A stretch of 63,909 nt of DNA from NCBI RefSeq assembly GCF_947038635.1, contig NZ_CAMQXC010000001.1:1-63909 (forward strand). The letters are read 5' to 3'. The position numbers were made by a program, and so were the translations under genes. The first letter of the stretch is position 1. Every line of letters begins with the position of its first letter. Below the pieces are notes generated by a model. The model did no database searches, was not told the DNA's origin, and worked only from the letters and a program-made list of their open reading frames with translations. The DNA is from an uncultured Cetobacterium sp. (GTDB lineage: Bacteria; Fusobacteriota; Fusobacteriia; Fusobacteriales; Fusobacteriaceae). Shown one piece after another: positions 9,665-18,893 of the stretch.

Positions 9665-10480
9665 TTATTTTATTTTTTTAAAAGATACATCAAGTTGGTC
9701 AAAAGATGAAATATATTTCACTCCTATACTTTCTAAAAAATCATATGCTTTTTTAAAATCTTTACCTAAATCTGATGCTTTATGTGAATCTGAACCTATT
9801 GTTATAACTTCTCCTCCTAGTTTAAAATAACGTTTTACTATATCATCACAAGGATAAAATCTATTTTCATTATATCTTATTCCAGAAGTATTAATTTCAA
9901 TACCCTTTCCTTTAGAAATAATTTTTTTTAAAATCTCATCAATTATATCTTGATATCTTATATAATCTATAAAACCTTTTTTGTCAATACCACCATATCT
10001 TGTAATAAAGTCAAGATGACCTTGAACACTAAACCCATTGAAGTTTTCTACACTTTTTAATATTTCTAAAAAATATTTGTCATGAGCTTGTTCTCTTGTT
10101 TTGGTTTCCCAAAACTCCTTTTGATCTAAAAGTAATTTATCCACACTGTGAACAGAAGATATTATAAAATCAAATGGATATTTTTCTATAATTTTATCTC
10201 CAACTTCTCCTAGATGTCTTTGAATTCCAAATTCCATCCCTAATTTTATATCTAAGTCACCCTTATGTTGTTCTTTTAACTTTAAAATCGTTGGAACGTA
10301 TTCATCTAAATTTAACATAAAATCATTACTATTCATTGTCCCAATTACATCTAAATCCATATGATCAGTTATTGCAATTTCTTTAATACCTAATTCTTTT
10401 GCTTTTCTACAAATTCTATCTAAATCTTCTACAGAATCTCCAGAAAAACTACTATGTATATGATAATCACTAATAATCAC
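9665..10480 (-). CDS. PHP-family phosphatase (histidinol-phosphatase HisJ/HisK-like)
   Basis: DYHIHS, AITDH, SVH, GHLD, IEINTSG and TIGSDSH motifs. Confidence 0.88.
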   Translation of the reverse strand: MIISDYHIHSSFSGDSVEDLDRICRKAKELGIKEIAITDHMDLDVIGTMNSNDFMLNLDEYVPTILKLKEQHKGDLDIKLGMEFGIQRHLGEVGDKIIEKYPFDFIISSVHSVDKLLLDQKEFWETKTREQAHDKYFLEILKSVENFNGFSVQGHLDFITRYGGIDKKGFIDYIRYQDIIDEILKKIISKGKGIEINTSGIRYNENRFYPCDDIVKRYFKLGGEVITIGSDSHKASDLGKDFKKAYDFLESIGVKYISSFDQLDVSFKKIK

Positions 10481-10521
10481 TATTTTTCCTCCAAAATCTA
10501 TTTTATAGTTATAAGTATAAC

Positions 10522-10569
10522 AAAAAAAACTGTAAATACAAGTTATTTAACTTTATCTTTACAGTTTTT
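10522..10569 (-). terminator. Probable intrinsic terminator after mnmG
   Basis: AAAAACTGTAAA (10525-36) / TTTACAGTTTTT (10558-69) inverted repeat with U-tract on the minus strand. Confidence 0.6.
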
Positions 10570-10588
10570 ATTATTGTCCGTAGTACTA

Positions 10589-12439
10589 TTATTTTTTTAA
10601 AGTTGCTAAAAGTAAAGCTATATCATTTCCTGTTACTCCACTTATTCTTGAAGCTTCTCCTATTGAAAGAGGTTTAATCTCTTTTAATCCAGCTTTAGCT
10701 ATATTTGAAATACCAGTTACAGTATCAAAATCAAAATCTTCCGGAATACTTAAAGCTTCTAATCTTTTAAATCTTTCTATCTGCTCTCTCTCTCTTTCAA
10801 TAAATACCTCATACTTTATCATCGTCTCAATTTGATTTTTTACAAATTCAGGATATTCAGGAATATGTAATAAATGAGCTAAATCATCATATGAAACCTC
10901 TTTAAATTTAAGAAGTTCATTTGCTTGAACCCCTTTAGTTAATCTTTGTTCTGCTCCCTTTTTTTCTAATAATTCATTAGCATCTTTCATTGGAACTTTT
11001 GTTTCTTTTATTCTCTCAATCTCTTTATATACATCTTCTCTACATTTTTTCAAATAATTAATTTTATCTTCTGGAACAATTCCAATCTCCTCAGCTTTAT
11101 CTAATAGTCTCATAAAACCATTATCAAATCTAAGTGTCAATCTATACTCTGATCTAGATGGTAACACTCTATAAGGCTCAGGTGTCTTTTTATGAATGAT
11201 ATCATCAACTAGTACTCCTATATATCCTTCACTTCTATCAAAAATTACAGGCTGCTTATTTAATGTTTTTCTTGCTGCATTAACTCCAGCAATAAATCCT
11301 TGTGTTGCTGCCTCTTCATATCCAGATGTTCCATTTATCTGACCTGCAAAATATAATCCTTTTATTTTTTTACTTTCTAAACTTGGATATAATTGTGATG
11401 CAGGTGCATAATCATACTCTACTGCATAACCATATCTCATTATTTTAGCATTTTCTAGACCTTTGATAGATTTTAACATCGCTTCTTGAGCAAACGGTGG
11501 CATTGCTGTCGTTAATCCATTCACATAAAGTTCATTTGATTCACTTGATTCTAACTCCAAAAATATCTGATGGTCATATTTATCTGGAAAGTTTAAAACC
11601 TTTCTATCTAAAGATGGACAGTGTCTAGGTCCATGTGTTTCAATTATTCCAGAAACTATTGGAGAAAATTTTAACATCTCTTTTGTTACATTTAAAGTTT
11701 CCTCTGAAGTATGAGTTAACCATGTTGGAACTACATTATTTTTTTCTTTTTGTGTATATATAGAAAAATATCTTGGATGCTCCTCTCCATAAAGTGGCTT
11801 CATAACAGAAAAATCCACAGTTCTCTTATCTATTCTTGGAGGAGTTGCTGTTTGATATCTTTCTAAATGTATTCCATTCTTTTGTAAACTATCTGATAAT
11901 TTTTCAGCTGAATTTTCACCCATTCTTCCAGCAGGATATTTTACATCTCCTATAACTATTCTTCCTTTTAAAAATGTTCCAGTAGCTAATACAACTGTTT
12001 CTGCTAAATATTCAATTCCTAAAGCTGTTTTAACACCTTTAATCATATCATTTTCAAGCAAAAGTTCATCTACACTATCTTGCATAATCTCTAAGTTTTC
12101 AGTTTCTTCAAGTAATGTTTTCATTTTTGTTCTATATAAAAATTTGTCAGCTTGTCCTCTTGTTATTCTAGCAGCAGGACCTTTACTTGTATTTAAATGT
12201 TTTAATTGAAGATTGTATTGATCTGTATGTCTTCCCATCTCTCCACCTAAAACATCTATCTCTGCAACTAAATTACTTTTTCCAGGTCCACCTATTGATG
12301 GATTACATGACATCATTCCTATATTATCTAATGCCAACGTAAAAAGTAGTGTTTTTCTATTCAATCTAGCACTTGCTAAAGCAGCTTCAACTCCAGCATG
12401 TCCTCCACCAACAACTATTACATCATATTTAAAAGTCAT
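10589..12439 (-). CDS. mnmG: tRNA uridine 5-carboxymethylaminomethyl modification enzyme MnmG (GidA)
   Basis: GGGHAGVEAA, MSCNPSIGG, GYAVEYD, AGQINGTSGYEEAA. Confidence 0.97.
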   Translation of the reverse strand: MTFKYDVIVVGGGHAGVEAALASARLNRKTLLFTLALDNIGMMSCNPSIGGPGKSNLVAEIDVLGGEMGRHTDQYNLQLKHLNTSKGPAARITRGQADKFLYRTKMKTLLEETENLEIMQDSVDELLLENDMIKGVKTALGIEYLAETVVLATGTFLKGRIVIGDVKYPAGRMGENSAEKLSDSLQKNGIHLERYQTATPPRIDKRTVDFSVMKPLYGEEHPRYFSIYTQKEKNNVVPTWLTHTSEETLNVTKEMLKFSPIVSGIIETHGPRHCPSLDRKVLNFPDKYDHQIFLELESSESNELYVNGLTTAMPPFAQEAMLKSIKGLENAKIMRYGYAVEYDYAPASQLYPSLESKKIKGLYFAGQINGTSGYEEAATQGFIAGVNAARKTLNKQPVIFDRSEGYIGVLVDDIIHKKTPEPYRVLPSRSEYRLTLRFDNGFMRLLDKAEEIGIVPEDKINYLKKCREDVYKEIERIKETKVPMKDANELLEKKGAEQRLTKGVQANELLKFKEVSYDDLAHLLHIPEYPEFVKNQIETMIKYEVFIEREREQIERFKRLEALSIPEDFDFDTVTGISNIAKAGLKEIKPLSIGEASRISGVTGNDIALLLATLKK

Positions 12440-12482
12440 ATATTTCTCCTTTTATTTTTGTCCATATACATAAATAAATATC

Positions 12483-12518
12483 AAAAAAATTATAGCCACA
12501 GACAATAAATCTGTGGCT
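12483..12518 (-). terminator. Hairpin/terminator between mnmE and mnmG
   Basis: AGCCACAGA (12494-12502) / TCTGTGGCT (12510-18) with an adjacent T-run on the minus strand. Confidence 0.5.
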
Positions 12519-12526
12519 GATACCTT

Positions 12527-13903
12527 TTATTTTCCTACACAGAAATTACTAAAGATATGATCTAAAAGATCTTCATTACTAATCTCTCCCGTTACCTCTG
12601 ACAATGAATCTAAAGCTTCTTTTAAATCGACAGCTATTAAATCCATTGGTAATCCCATATCTATTGTTTCAAATATATTTTCCACTGCTTGCTTAGTTTT
12701 TTCCAATGCTGACTTATGTCTAACGTTAGTAATAACTAATTTTTGTGAACTATCTTCAACTTGGCCAGAAATAACATAATTGTATATCTCTTTCTCCATT
12801 GAATCTATTCCTATTTTTTCTAATGCAGAAATTTTTATCCATTTTTTTATTTTTGTTAATGGTGTTATATCTAATTTAGATTCTACATCTGTTTTGTTTA
12901 TAAGACCTATAACTTTATCAGCATGAATTCTTTCATGAATTTTTAAATCTTCTTCATCTAATTCTCTAGAGTTATCAACAACAAATAAGACTAAATCTGC
13001 CTTTTCAATTAACTCTTTTGATTTTTCTACACCTATATTCTCTACTAAATCATCTGTTTTTCTTATTCCTGCAGTATCTACTAAAACTAAAGGAATTCCA
13101 TTCAGATTGACAACTTCTTCAATAATATCTCTAGTAGTTCCAGCTATATGAGTTACAATAGCTCTTTCTTCTCTTAAAATAGAGTTTAATAAACTTGATT
13201 TTCCAACATTAGGCTTTCCTACAATAGCTGTTTTTACACCCTCTTTAATCATTTTTCCTTTATTATAAGATTTAATTAAAGCATCTGTTGTATTTACAAC
13301 GTTATGTAAATTTTCTACTAAGTCATGTGGTAATGGATCATCTATTCCTTCTTCAGGATAATCTAAAACTACATTGACATGTGCTGAAACATCTAAAAGT
13401 TGTTTTTTTAATATATCAATTTGCTCTCTTAAATCTCCTCTAAGTTGATTTAATGATAATGATATACTTTTATCAGTTTTTCCATGTATTAAATCTATTA
13501 CAGCTTCAGCTTGAGTTAAGTCTAATCTTCCATTCATGAAAGCTCTTCTAGTAAATTCACCTATTTCAGCTATTCTAGCTCCACTTTTTAAAACTAATTC
13601 TAAGACTTTTTCTGTAATCAGAAATCCACCATGACAGTTTATTTCTACAATATCTTCTTTTGTATAAGTGTTAGGTCCTTTCATTATTGAAACTAAAACT
13701 TCATCTATAATTTCATCTCCATCATAAAGATGACCATAGTTAATGCTAAAATTTCTAAGTTCGCTAACATCTTTTTTTGATATAGGTTTAAATATTTTTG
13801 TTAGTATACATAAAGAATCACTTCCTGACATTCTAACAATTCCTATTCCACCTTCTCCTCTTGGAGTTGAAATGGCAGCAATAGTATCAAACATATAACT
13901 CAC
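12527..13903 (-). CDS. mnmE: tRNA modification GTPase MnmE (TrmE)
   Basis: [33 protein letters not shown]-terminal FCVGK. Confidence 0.98.
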   Translation of the reverse strand: MSYMFDTIAAISTPRGEGGIGIVRMSGSDSLCILTKIFKPISKKDVSELRNFSINYGHLYDGDEIIDEVLVSIMKGPNTYTKEDIVEINCHGGFLITEKVLELVLKSGARIAEIGEFTRRAFMNGRLDLTQAEAVIDLIHGKTDKSISLSLNQLRGDLREQIDILKKQLLDVSAHVNVVLDYPEEGIDDPLPHDLVENLHNVVNTTDALIKSYNKGKMIKEGVKTAIVGKPNVGKSSLLNSILREERAIVTHIAGTTRDIIEEVVNLNGIPLVLVDTAGIRKTDDLVENIGVEKSKELIEKADLVLFVVDNSRELDEEDLKIHERIHADKVIGLINKTDVESKLDITPLTKIKKWIKISALEKIGIDSMEKEIYNYVISGQVEDSSQKLVITNVRHKSALEKTKQAVENIFETIDMGLPMDLIAVDLKEALDSLSEVTGEISNEDLLDHIFSNFCVGK

Positions 13904-13905
13904 CC

Positions 13906-14643
13906 CTATTTCTTTTTTCTAATAACAATATATCTCTTAGGGTCTTTTCCTTCGCTATAAGTATCTAATTCTGAATATTTATTAACAACTTCATGTATAA
14001 TTTTTCTTTCTCTTGGTGGCATCGGATTTAATTTTATTGGTTTAGTAGTTTTCATAGCTTTTTCAGCCATCTTTCTTGCTAAATCTCTCAATGTTACATT
14101 TCTTTTTTCTTTAAATCCTTCTACATCAACATCTATTCTAACATCTTTAATTAAAGTATTTAACAGATATTCATAGCTATTTAATGTTTTACCTTTTTTT
14201 CCAATAATTATTCCATTATCTTCACCATAAAGGTTTATAACACAATTTCTACCCTCTAATCTTAAAATTTCAACTTCTAAATCAAGTCCCATTTTATTTA
14301 ATAATTCTTGAGATGTTTTTATTATCTCTTTTTCTCTATTTTCTTTTAATTCTTTTTTTGATTCTTTTTTTTCTTGTTCTGCTTCTATGTTAGTTTCTGA
14401 TTTCTCTGTAGTTTTTACTACTTCATCTTTTTCTGGACCTGAAATCTTAATCTCTTCAGCTTCTACTTCTCTGCTAACTTCAACTTTATATAATCCATCT
14501 TTAGCAAAAAAACCAAAGAACGACTTAGGCTTCTCTAATTCAGTAACTTGAACAACTTGATCAGCAGTAACCTCCAATATCTTTATAGCTCTAGCAATAG
14601 CAACTTCTCTATTACTCGCTTTGATTTCAATTATATTTTCCAT
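13906..14643 (-). CDS. jag: Jag/KhpB (EloR) RNA-binding protein, KH + R3H domains
   Basis: Jag N-terminal domain, [11 protein letters not shown] motif, [12 protein letters not shown]3H motif; follows yidC. Confidence 0.93.
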   Translation of the reverse strand: MENIIEIKASNREVAIARAIKILEVTADQVVQVTELEKPKSFFGFFAKDGLYKVEVSREVEAEEIKISGPEKDEVVKTTEKSETNIEAEQEKKESKKELKENREKEIIKTSQELLNKMGLDLEVEILRLEGRNCVINLYGEDNGIIIGKKGKTLNSYEYLLNTLIKDVRIDVDVEGFKEKRNVTLRDLARKMAEKAMKTTKPIKLNPMPPRERKIIHEVVNKYSELDTYSEGKDPKRYIVIRKKK

Positions 14644-14653
14644 AACTCTAGTC

Positions 14654-15262
14654 TTAGTCTCCTTTTTTCATTATGAAATATTGTTGTACAATTCCCACAA
14701 AGCTTGATGTTAACCAATAAACTTGTAGTCCTGCTGGCATTTTGTAAGAAATAAATACCATCATTACTGGGAAGATATACATCATTTGTTTCATTTGTGG
14801 ATTACTATCTGTTCCTGTTAATTTCTGTTGAATAAATGCAACAACTCCATTTAAAACAGGTAATATATAATAAGGATCCGGTTGTAATAGATTCATCCAT
14901 AAGAATGATTCAGCAGGAACGATTCCTCTTTCAGCTCTTAAAACACCAAATAGTGCCCATAAAATTGGTAATTGAACTAAAAGTGGTAAACATCCTCCAG
15001 CCGGATTTACATTTTTTTCTTTATAAAGTTCCATTGTTTTCTGGTTTAATAAATTTTTATCATGACCATATTTTTCTTTGTATTGCTCTAATATTGGTTG
15101 TAACTCTTTCATTTTTTTCATTGATTTATCTTGTTTCAATGTTAACGGTAATAATATTATTTTTATTAATATTGTTAATCCTATTATAGCTAAACCGAAA
15201 TTTCCTGTAATTCCATTTATAAATAGCAATATTTGTTCAAATATTTTGTATAAAAATTCCAT
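14654..15262 (-). CDS. yidC: Membrane protein insertase YidC (short form)
   Basis: NPAGGCLPLLVQLPI, PAGLQVYW; ATG at 15262 has a GGAGG RBS. Confidence 0.95.
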   Translation of the reverse strand: MEFLYKIFEQILLFINGITGNFGLAIIGLTILIKIILLPLTLKQDKSMKKMKELQPILEQYKEKYGHDKNLLNQKTMELYKEKNVNPAGGCLPLLVQLPILWALFGVLRAERGIVPAESFLWMNLLQPDPYYILPVLNGVVAFIQQKLTGTDSNPQMKQMMYIFPVMMVFISYKMPAGLQVYWLTSSFVGIVQQYFIMKKGD

Positions 15263-15263
15263 T

Positions 15264-15500
15264 TTATTTTTTTCCTCCGCATTTTTTAACTGGTGGCACT
15301 GGATCATATCCGCCTTTAGAATATGGGTGACACCTTAAAATTCTTAATATTCCCAAATACACTCCTTTAAAAACTCCATGCATTTCAATTGCATCATACA
15401 TGTATTTTGAACAAGAAGGTTGAAATATACAGTTTTTCCCCAAAAATATTGAAATATATTTTTGATAAAATCTTATTAAAATCAAGATAGTTTTTTTCAA
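15264..15500 (-). CDS. yidD: Membrane protein insertion efficiency factor YidD
   Basis: YQKYIS...[10 protein letters not shown]...[17 protein letters not shown]; probable TTG start at 15500 (ORF track starts at 15554). Confidence 0.92.
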   Translation of the reverse strand: MKKTILILIRFYQKYISIFLGKNCIFQPSCSKYMYDAIEMHGVFKGVYLGILRILRCHPYSKGGYDPVPPVKKCGGKK

Positions 15501-15513
15501 AATATAAACTAAA

Positions 15514-15855
15514 CTATTTTTTAAATAATTTAGAATTTTTAAGAACACGGTCAAGATCTTTTTTCATCTCCTCAAAACTTAAAGTCTTAAATTTTTCTCC
15601 AGCTGTTCTTTTTGCAACAAAAATTATGTCATAACCTGTTATTAGGTTTTCTTCATTTAAACGACAATACTCTCTAAATAATCTTTTTAATCTGTTTCTA
15701 CAAACTGCATTTCCAGTTTTTTTACTTACAACAAATCCAAATTTGTTTTCATTAGTTTCATTTGCTTTAAAAAAAATAAGAGAGTAATATCCAAATGATT
15801 TTTTTCCATAATTATAAACATTTTGAAACTCCCTATTTTTTTTTAAATTAATCAT
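15514..15855 (-). CDS. rnpA: Ribonuclease P protein component
   Basis: [19 protein letters not shown] motif; lies after rpmH. Confidence 0.96.
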   Translation of the reverse strand: MINLKKNREFQNVYNYGKKSFGYYSLIFFKANETNENKFGFVVSKKTGNAVCRNRLKRLFREYCRLNEENLITGYDIIFVAKRTAGEKFKTLSFEEMKKDLDRVLKNSKLFKK

Positions 15856-15890
15856 AATATTTAACTCCCTAAAATAGTCCTTAAATCTTT

Positions 15891-15921
15891 AAAAACCCGG
15901 TGTTTTAGATCACCGGGTTTT
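15891..15921 (-). terminator. Intrinsic terminator/attenuator between rpmH and rnpA
   Basis: AAAACCCGGTG / CACCGGGTTTT stem overlapping the rpmH stop, followed by a U-run on the minus strand. Confidence 0.7.
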
Positions 15922-16054
15922 ATGCTGATAATACTTTTCTTCCTCTTGCTCTTCTTCTCTTTAATACTTTTCTTCCGTTTTTAGTTGCCATTCTAGCTCT
16001 AAATCCGTGATCCTTCTTGTATTTTCTGTTATTTGGCTGATAAGTTCTTTTCAT
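15920..16054 (-). CDS. rpmH: 50S ribosomal protein L34 (below the ORF-track length cutoff)
   Basis: Manual translation [44 protein letters not shown]; AGGAGGT RBS. Confidence 0.98.
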   Translation of the reverse strand: MKRTYQPNNRKYKKDHGFRARMATKNGRKVLKRRRARGRKVLSA

Positions 16055-16092
16055 TTTTTCACCTCCTAAAAATATCTATATTTCAGATAAAT

Positions 16093-16121
16093 ATTTTAGA
16101 AGAAATTTTGAGTTTTGTCAA
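16093..16121 (-). promoter_or_regulatory. sigma70 promoter of the rpmH operon
   Basis: TTGACA-17 bp-TAAAAT on the minus strand. Confidence 0.75.
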
Positions 16122-16817
16122 GTAAATTCTAATAAATAAAAAATTAATCTTAAAATTCAAACAAAATAATAAATTATAAGGAGATTGATTGTATTCATGC
16201 ACATAGTTGTTTTTTGTTTTTTGTATAATGTTATATGTACAGACTAAGTTAAAAAAAAAACATACGTTCAACCATTGATTTTAAAGAATTTATATATAAA
16301 AAAATATTATTGATAATATACAATTGAAATACTGTTGATTTTATTGAGTAGTGTTAGCACTTAATTTATTTAAATCTAATAAAATCAATACTTTTTAAAT
16401 ATTATTGATAATATACATAAAAGAGAAGTCCAATTTTACAGGAGTTTTGTGTATTAGTAGATTTATAAAGCTAGAAAAATCAATAGTTTTATAAAAAAAA
16501 TAAATATTATTGTGAGTATACATAAAAGAAAAGGTTATTTTATAAGGGATTTTAATTTAGTAAATAATAAAAACTTAATAAATATAAGCTTTTTAATAAT
16601 TGAAAAAATATTATTGATAATATACACAAAATAAACCGTTTATTTATATACATTTAGACTTATTTAAAAATTAAAAAACCTTATTTTATAAGGGGATTAA
16701 AAAACAAAAAAATATTATTGTTAATATACAGAAAAAATGGTATATTATATTACGCTAAATATATTTATTATTGTTAATATACATATTTAGTATTATAAAA
16801 TTATAGAGAGGTTTTTA
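16122..16817. other. Candidate chromosomal replication origin (oriC)
   Basis: Non-coding AT-rich gap next to rpmH, at the gene-strand and purine-skew switch; contains an iteron-like array; adjacent to a Rep-like gene. Confidence 0.8.
16302..16783 (+). repeat. Six 21-bp iteron-like direct repeats, consensus AAATATTATTGWTAATATACA
   Basis: Copies start at 16302, 16397, 16502, 16606, 16710 and 16763; three identical, the others with 1-3 mismatches. Confidence 0.93.
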
Positions 16818-18668
16818 ATGGAAAAGAAGGTGAAAAAAGAAAAAGATGATATCGTAGAAAATTTTAATATAACATCTACAGGATCACTTTTAACAGATAT
16901 AACAAAAATTGATATAAGATTAAATCAATTACCAGATATTGAAGTTAGAGAAGTTATAATAAAAGAAACTGGAAATTTTTTAAATTTAAAAGATAATGTA
17001 ATAAATATACCTGTCGAAATGATTGTTTTTCCATTTTTTACTCCTCAAAAACAAAATAAAAGAGTAAATTTTCAATATTCTTTTGAAGATTTAGGTGTTA
17101 CTATGTATTGTACATTAGTAGCTAAAGATTCAAGAGATAAAGTATTTCAACCATCTATTTTTGAAGAAAAAATATATACGTATTTAATTTCAACTTATGA
17201 AGCAAAAAAAGATTTAGATGATGAAGATGAATATATTGAATTTGAAATTTCAGACTTTATAGTTCATTTTTTAGGAAATAAGATGAATAGAACTTATTAT
17301 ACAAAAGTTGAACAAGCTTTAAAGAATTTAAAGAATACAGAATATCAATTTATAGTTTCAAATCATACAAAATTAGGGAAGTATAAGTTTGAAGATGAGG
17401 AATTTAAGCTTCTAACTTATCAAAAATTAAAAAAAGGTAAAAAAATATATTATAGAGTTACTCTTAATAAAAACATAAGAAAAAAAATAAGTGATAAAAG
17501 ATATATAAAATATAATTCAAAGGCTTTGATGGAAATTTTAGCAAAAGATCCTATAGCTGGAAGAATTTATAAATACATTAGTAAAATTAGATATGAAAAG
17601 CAAGAAGATAGAATAAATTTAAGAACAATAGCTGCAATTATTCCATTAAAAACAGAACAAACAACAGAAAGAGTAAATAAAAATGGAGATACAAAAACTT
17701 ATGTTCTTTGTAGAATGAAGCAGGTATTGAAAAGAGTTGAAAAAGCCTATGATGTATTAGTCGAACTTGGATATGTGGAGTATTACAAATCATATCAAGA
17801 TAAAAGTGAAGATACATATTATATAATTTATAAATTTAATAGTAAAAAAGATGGAGAATGTCATGTTTCGTCATTTATAGAAAATTCAAAGTCAAATAAG
17901 CCTAAAGAGATTACTTATTCAAAAGAGAAAGAAAGATATGTTGAAAAATCCAATTTTAATTCCGATGATATAGAAGAAGCTGAAATTGTTGAGATTATAA
18001 ATGAAAAACCAAAAAAAGAAGAAAAATTAAAGATAGAGAGTAAAAAAGAAGTAAAAAAAGAAGTTATAAAAAAAGTTGAAAAAAATAATGAATTTATTTA
18101 TCCAGATGAAGTAATAAAATATATTCAAAAAGCCAAGAAAAATATATATGTTTCAAGATCGTGGGATAAAAGAACAGATACAAAGATAAAGAAAATTTTT
18201 ATAGAAGAGGGAGAAATTGTTTTAATTGAAGTCTTGAAAATTATATATAAAAATTTGAATTCTAATATAAAAACAACTTTAGTTCAATACATAAATGGTG
18301 TTCTAAAAAATCTCTTAAGTCAAGAAAATGATGTTTCAAAACAAAACTTAACTTTATTTAACAATATTGTTAAAGAAAAAGGATTAATAAGTAAAAAGAA
18401 AATAAATCAAGCAAGAAGAACCGTTAAAAAACCAGTTATAAATAGTTTAAAAGAATTAATTGATGAAACTGATATATCTGTAGATATATTAAAGGTTTTT
18501 GATGAATATGATGAGTATGAAAAATTAAAAATAGAGGAGCAAGCTATTAAACTTTGTTCTCTAGAAGAAAATATAGATGTGAATTTTTTACTTACTATGA
18601 AAAGAAAATCAAAAAAAATCTATTTTAATACAATAAAAAAATATATTGAGAGAGTTATTAATGAGTAG
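16818..18668 (+). CDS. Plasmid-type replication initiator (RPA/RepA-like winged-helix) in the dnaA position
   Basis: MIVFPFFT, PSIFEEKIYTYLIS and IEFEISDF...YTKVEQALKNL resemble RPA-family initiator motifs; no AAA+ Walker A; directly downstream of the repeats. Confidence 0.75.
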   Translation: MEKKVKKEKDDIVENFNITSTGSLLTDITKIDIRLNQLPDIEVREVIIKETGNFLNLKDNVINIPVEMIVFPFFTPQKQNKRVNFQYSFEDLGVTMYCTLVAKDSRDKVFQPSIFEEKIYTYLISTYEAKKDLDDEDEYIEFEISDFIVHFLGNKMNRTYYTKVEQALKNLKNTEYQFIVSNHTKLGKYKFEDEEFKLLTYQKLKKGKKIYYRVTLNKNIRKKISDKRYIKYNSKALMEILAKDPIAGRIYKYISKIRYEKQEDRINLRTIAAIIPLKTEQTTERVNKNGDTKTYVLCRMKQVLKRVEKAYDVLVELGYVEYYKSYQDKSEDTYYIIYKFNSKKDGECHVSSFIENSKSNKPKEITYSKEKERYVEKSNFNSDDIEEAEIVEIINEKPKKEEKLKIESKKEVKKEVIKKVEKNNEFIYPDEVIKYIQKAKKNIYVSRSWDKRTDTKIKKIFIEEGEIVLIEVLKIIYKNLNSNIKTTLVQYINGVLKNLLSQENDVSKQNLTLFNNIVKEKGLISKKKINQARRTVKKPVINSLKELIDETDISVDILKVFDEYDEYEKLKIEEQAIKLCSLEENIDVNFLLTMKRKSKKIYFNTIKKYIERVINE

Positions 18669-18789
18669 ATTTAACAAAACGTTAAATATGTTAAATCAGA
18701 GTGTATAAAATAGTTAAAATATCATAAAATACACAATTAAAGACTTAAAAATGAACATTTTTTGACAAAAAAACAATTCAAAATAAAAA

Positions 18790-18818
18790 TTGACAAAATT
18801 TTGAAAATTAAGTATTCT
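18790..18818 (+). promoter_or_regulatory. sigma70 promoter of ptsH
   Basis: TTGACA-17 bp-TATTCT. Confidence 0.6.
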
Positions 18819-18893
18819 ATATTTGAATAATAGATTTAAACTTTATGTTTTTATATAATAATAAACAATAAATGTAGAAAGGTGAGTAGGATT

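Noticed and set aside
16083-16271. 62-aa minus-strand ORF in the origin gap
   Set aside because: No RBS or recognisable motif; it overlaps the rpmH promoter; likely a chance ORF.
16302-16783. Regularly spaced repeats as a CRISPR array
   Set aside because: Repeats are only 21 bp. Spacers are 32-84 bp, extremely AT-rich and share motifs with each other. No cas genes are present. Helical phasing and the adjacent Rep-like gene fit protein-binding sites better.
16818-18668. Calling this gene dnaA on position alone
   Set aside because: No Walker A/B or DnaA domain IV motifs are recognisable, and no DnaA boxes lie beside it.
18668-18697. Inverted repeat GATTTAACA/TGTTAAATC right after the rep-like gene
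   Set aside because: AT-rich 9-bp stem with no U-tract and no match to the 21-bp repeat; too weak to assign as a terminator or dif-like site.
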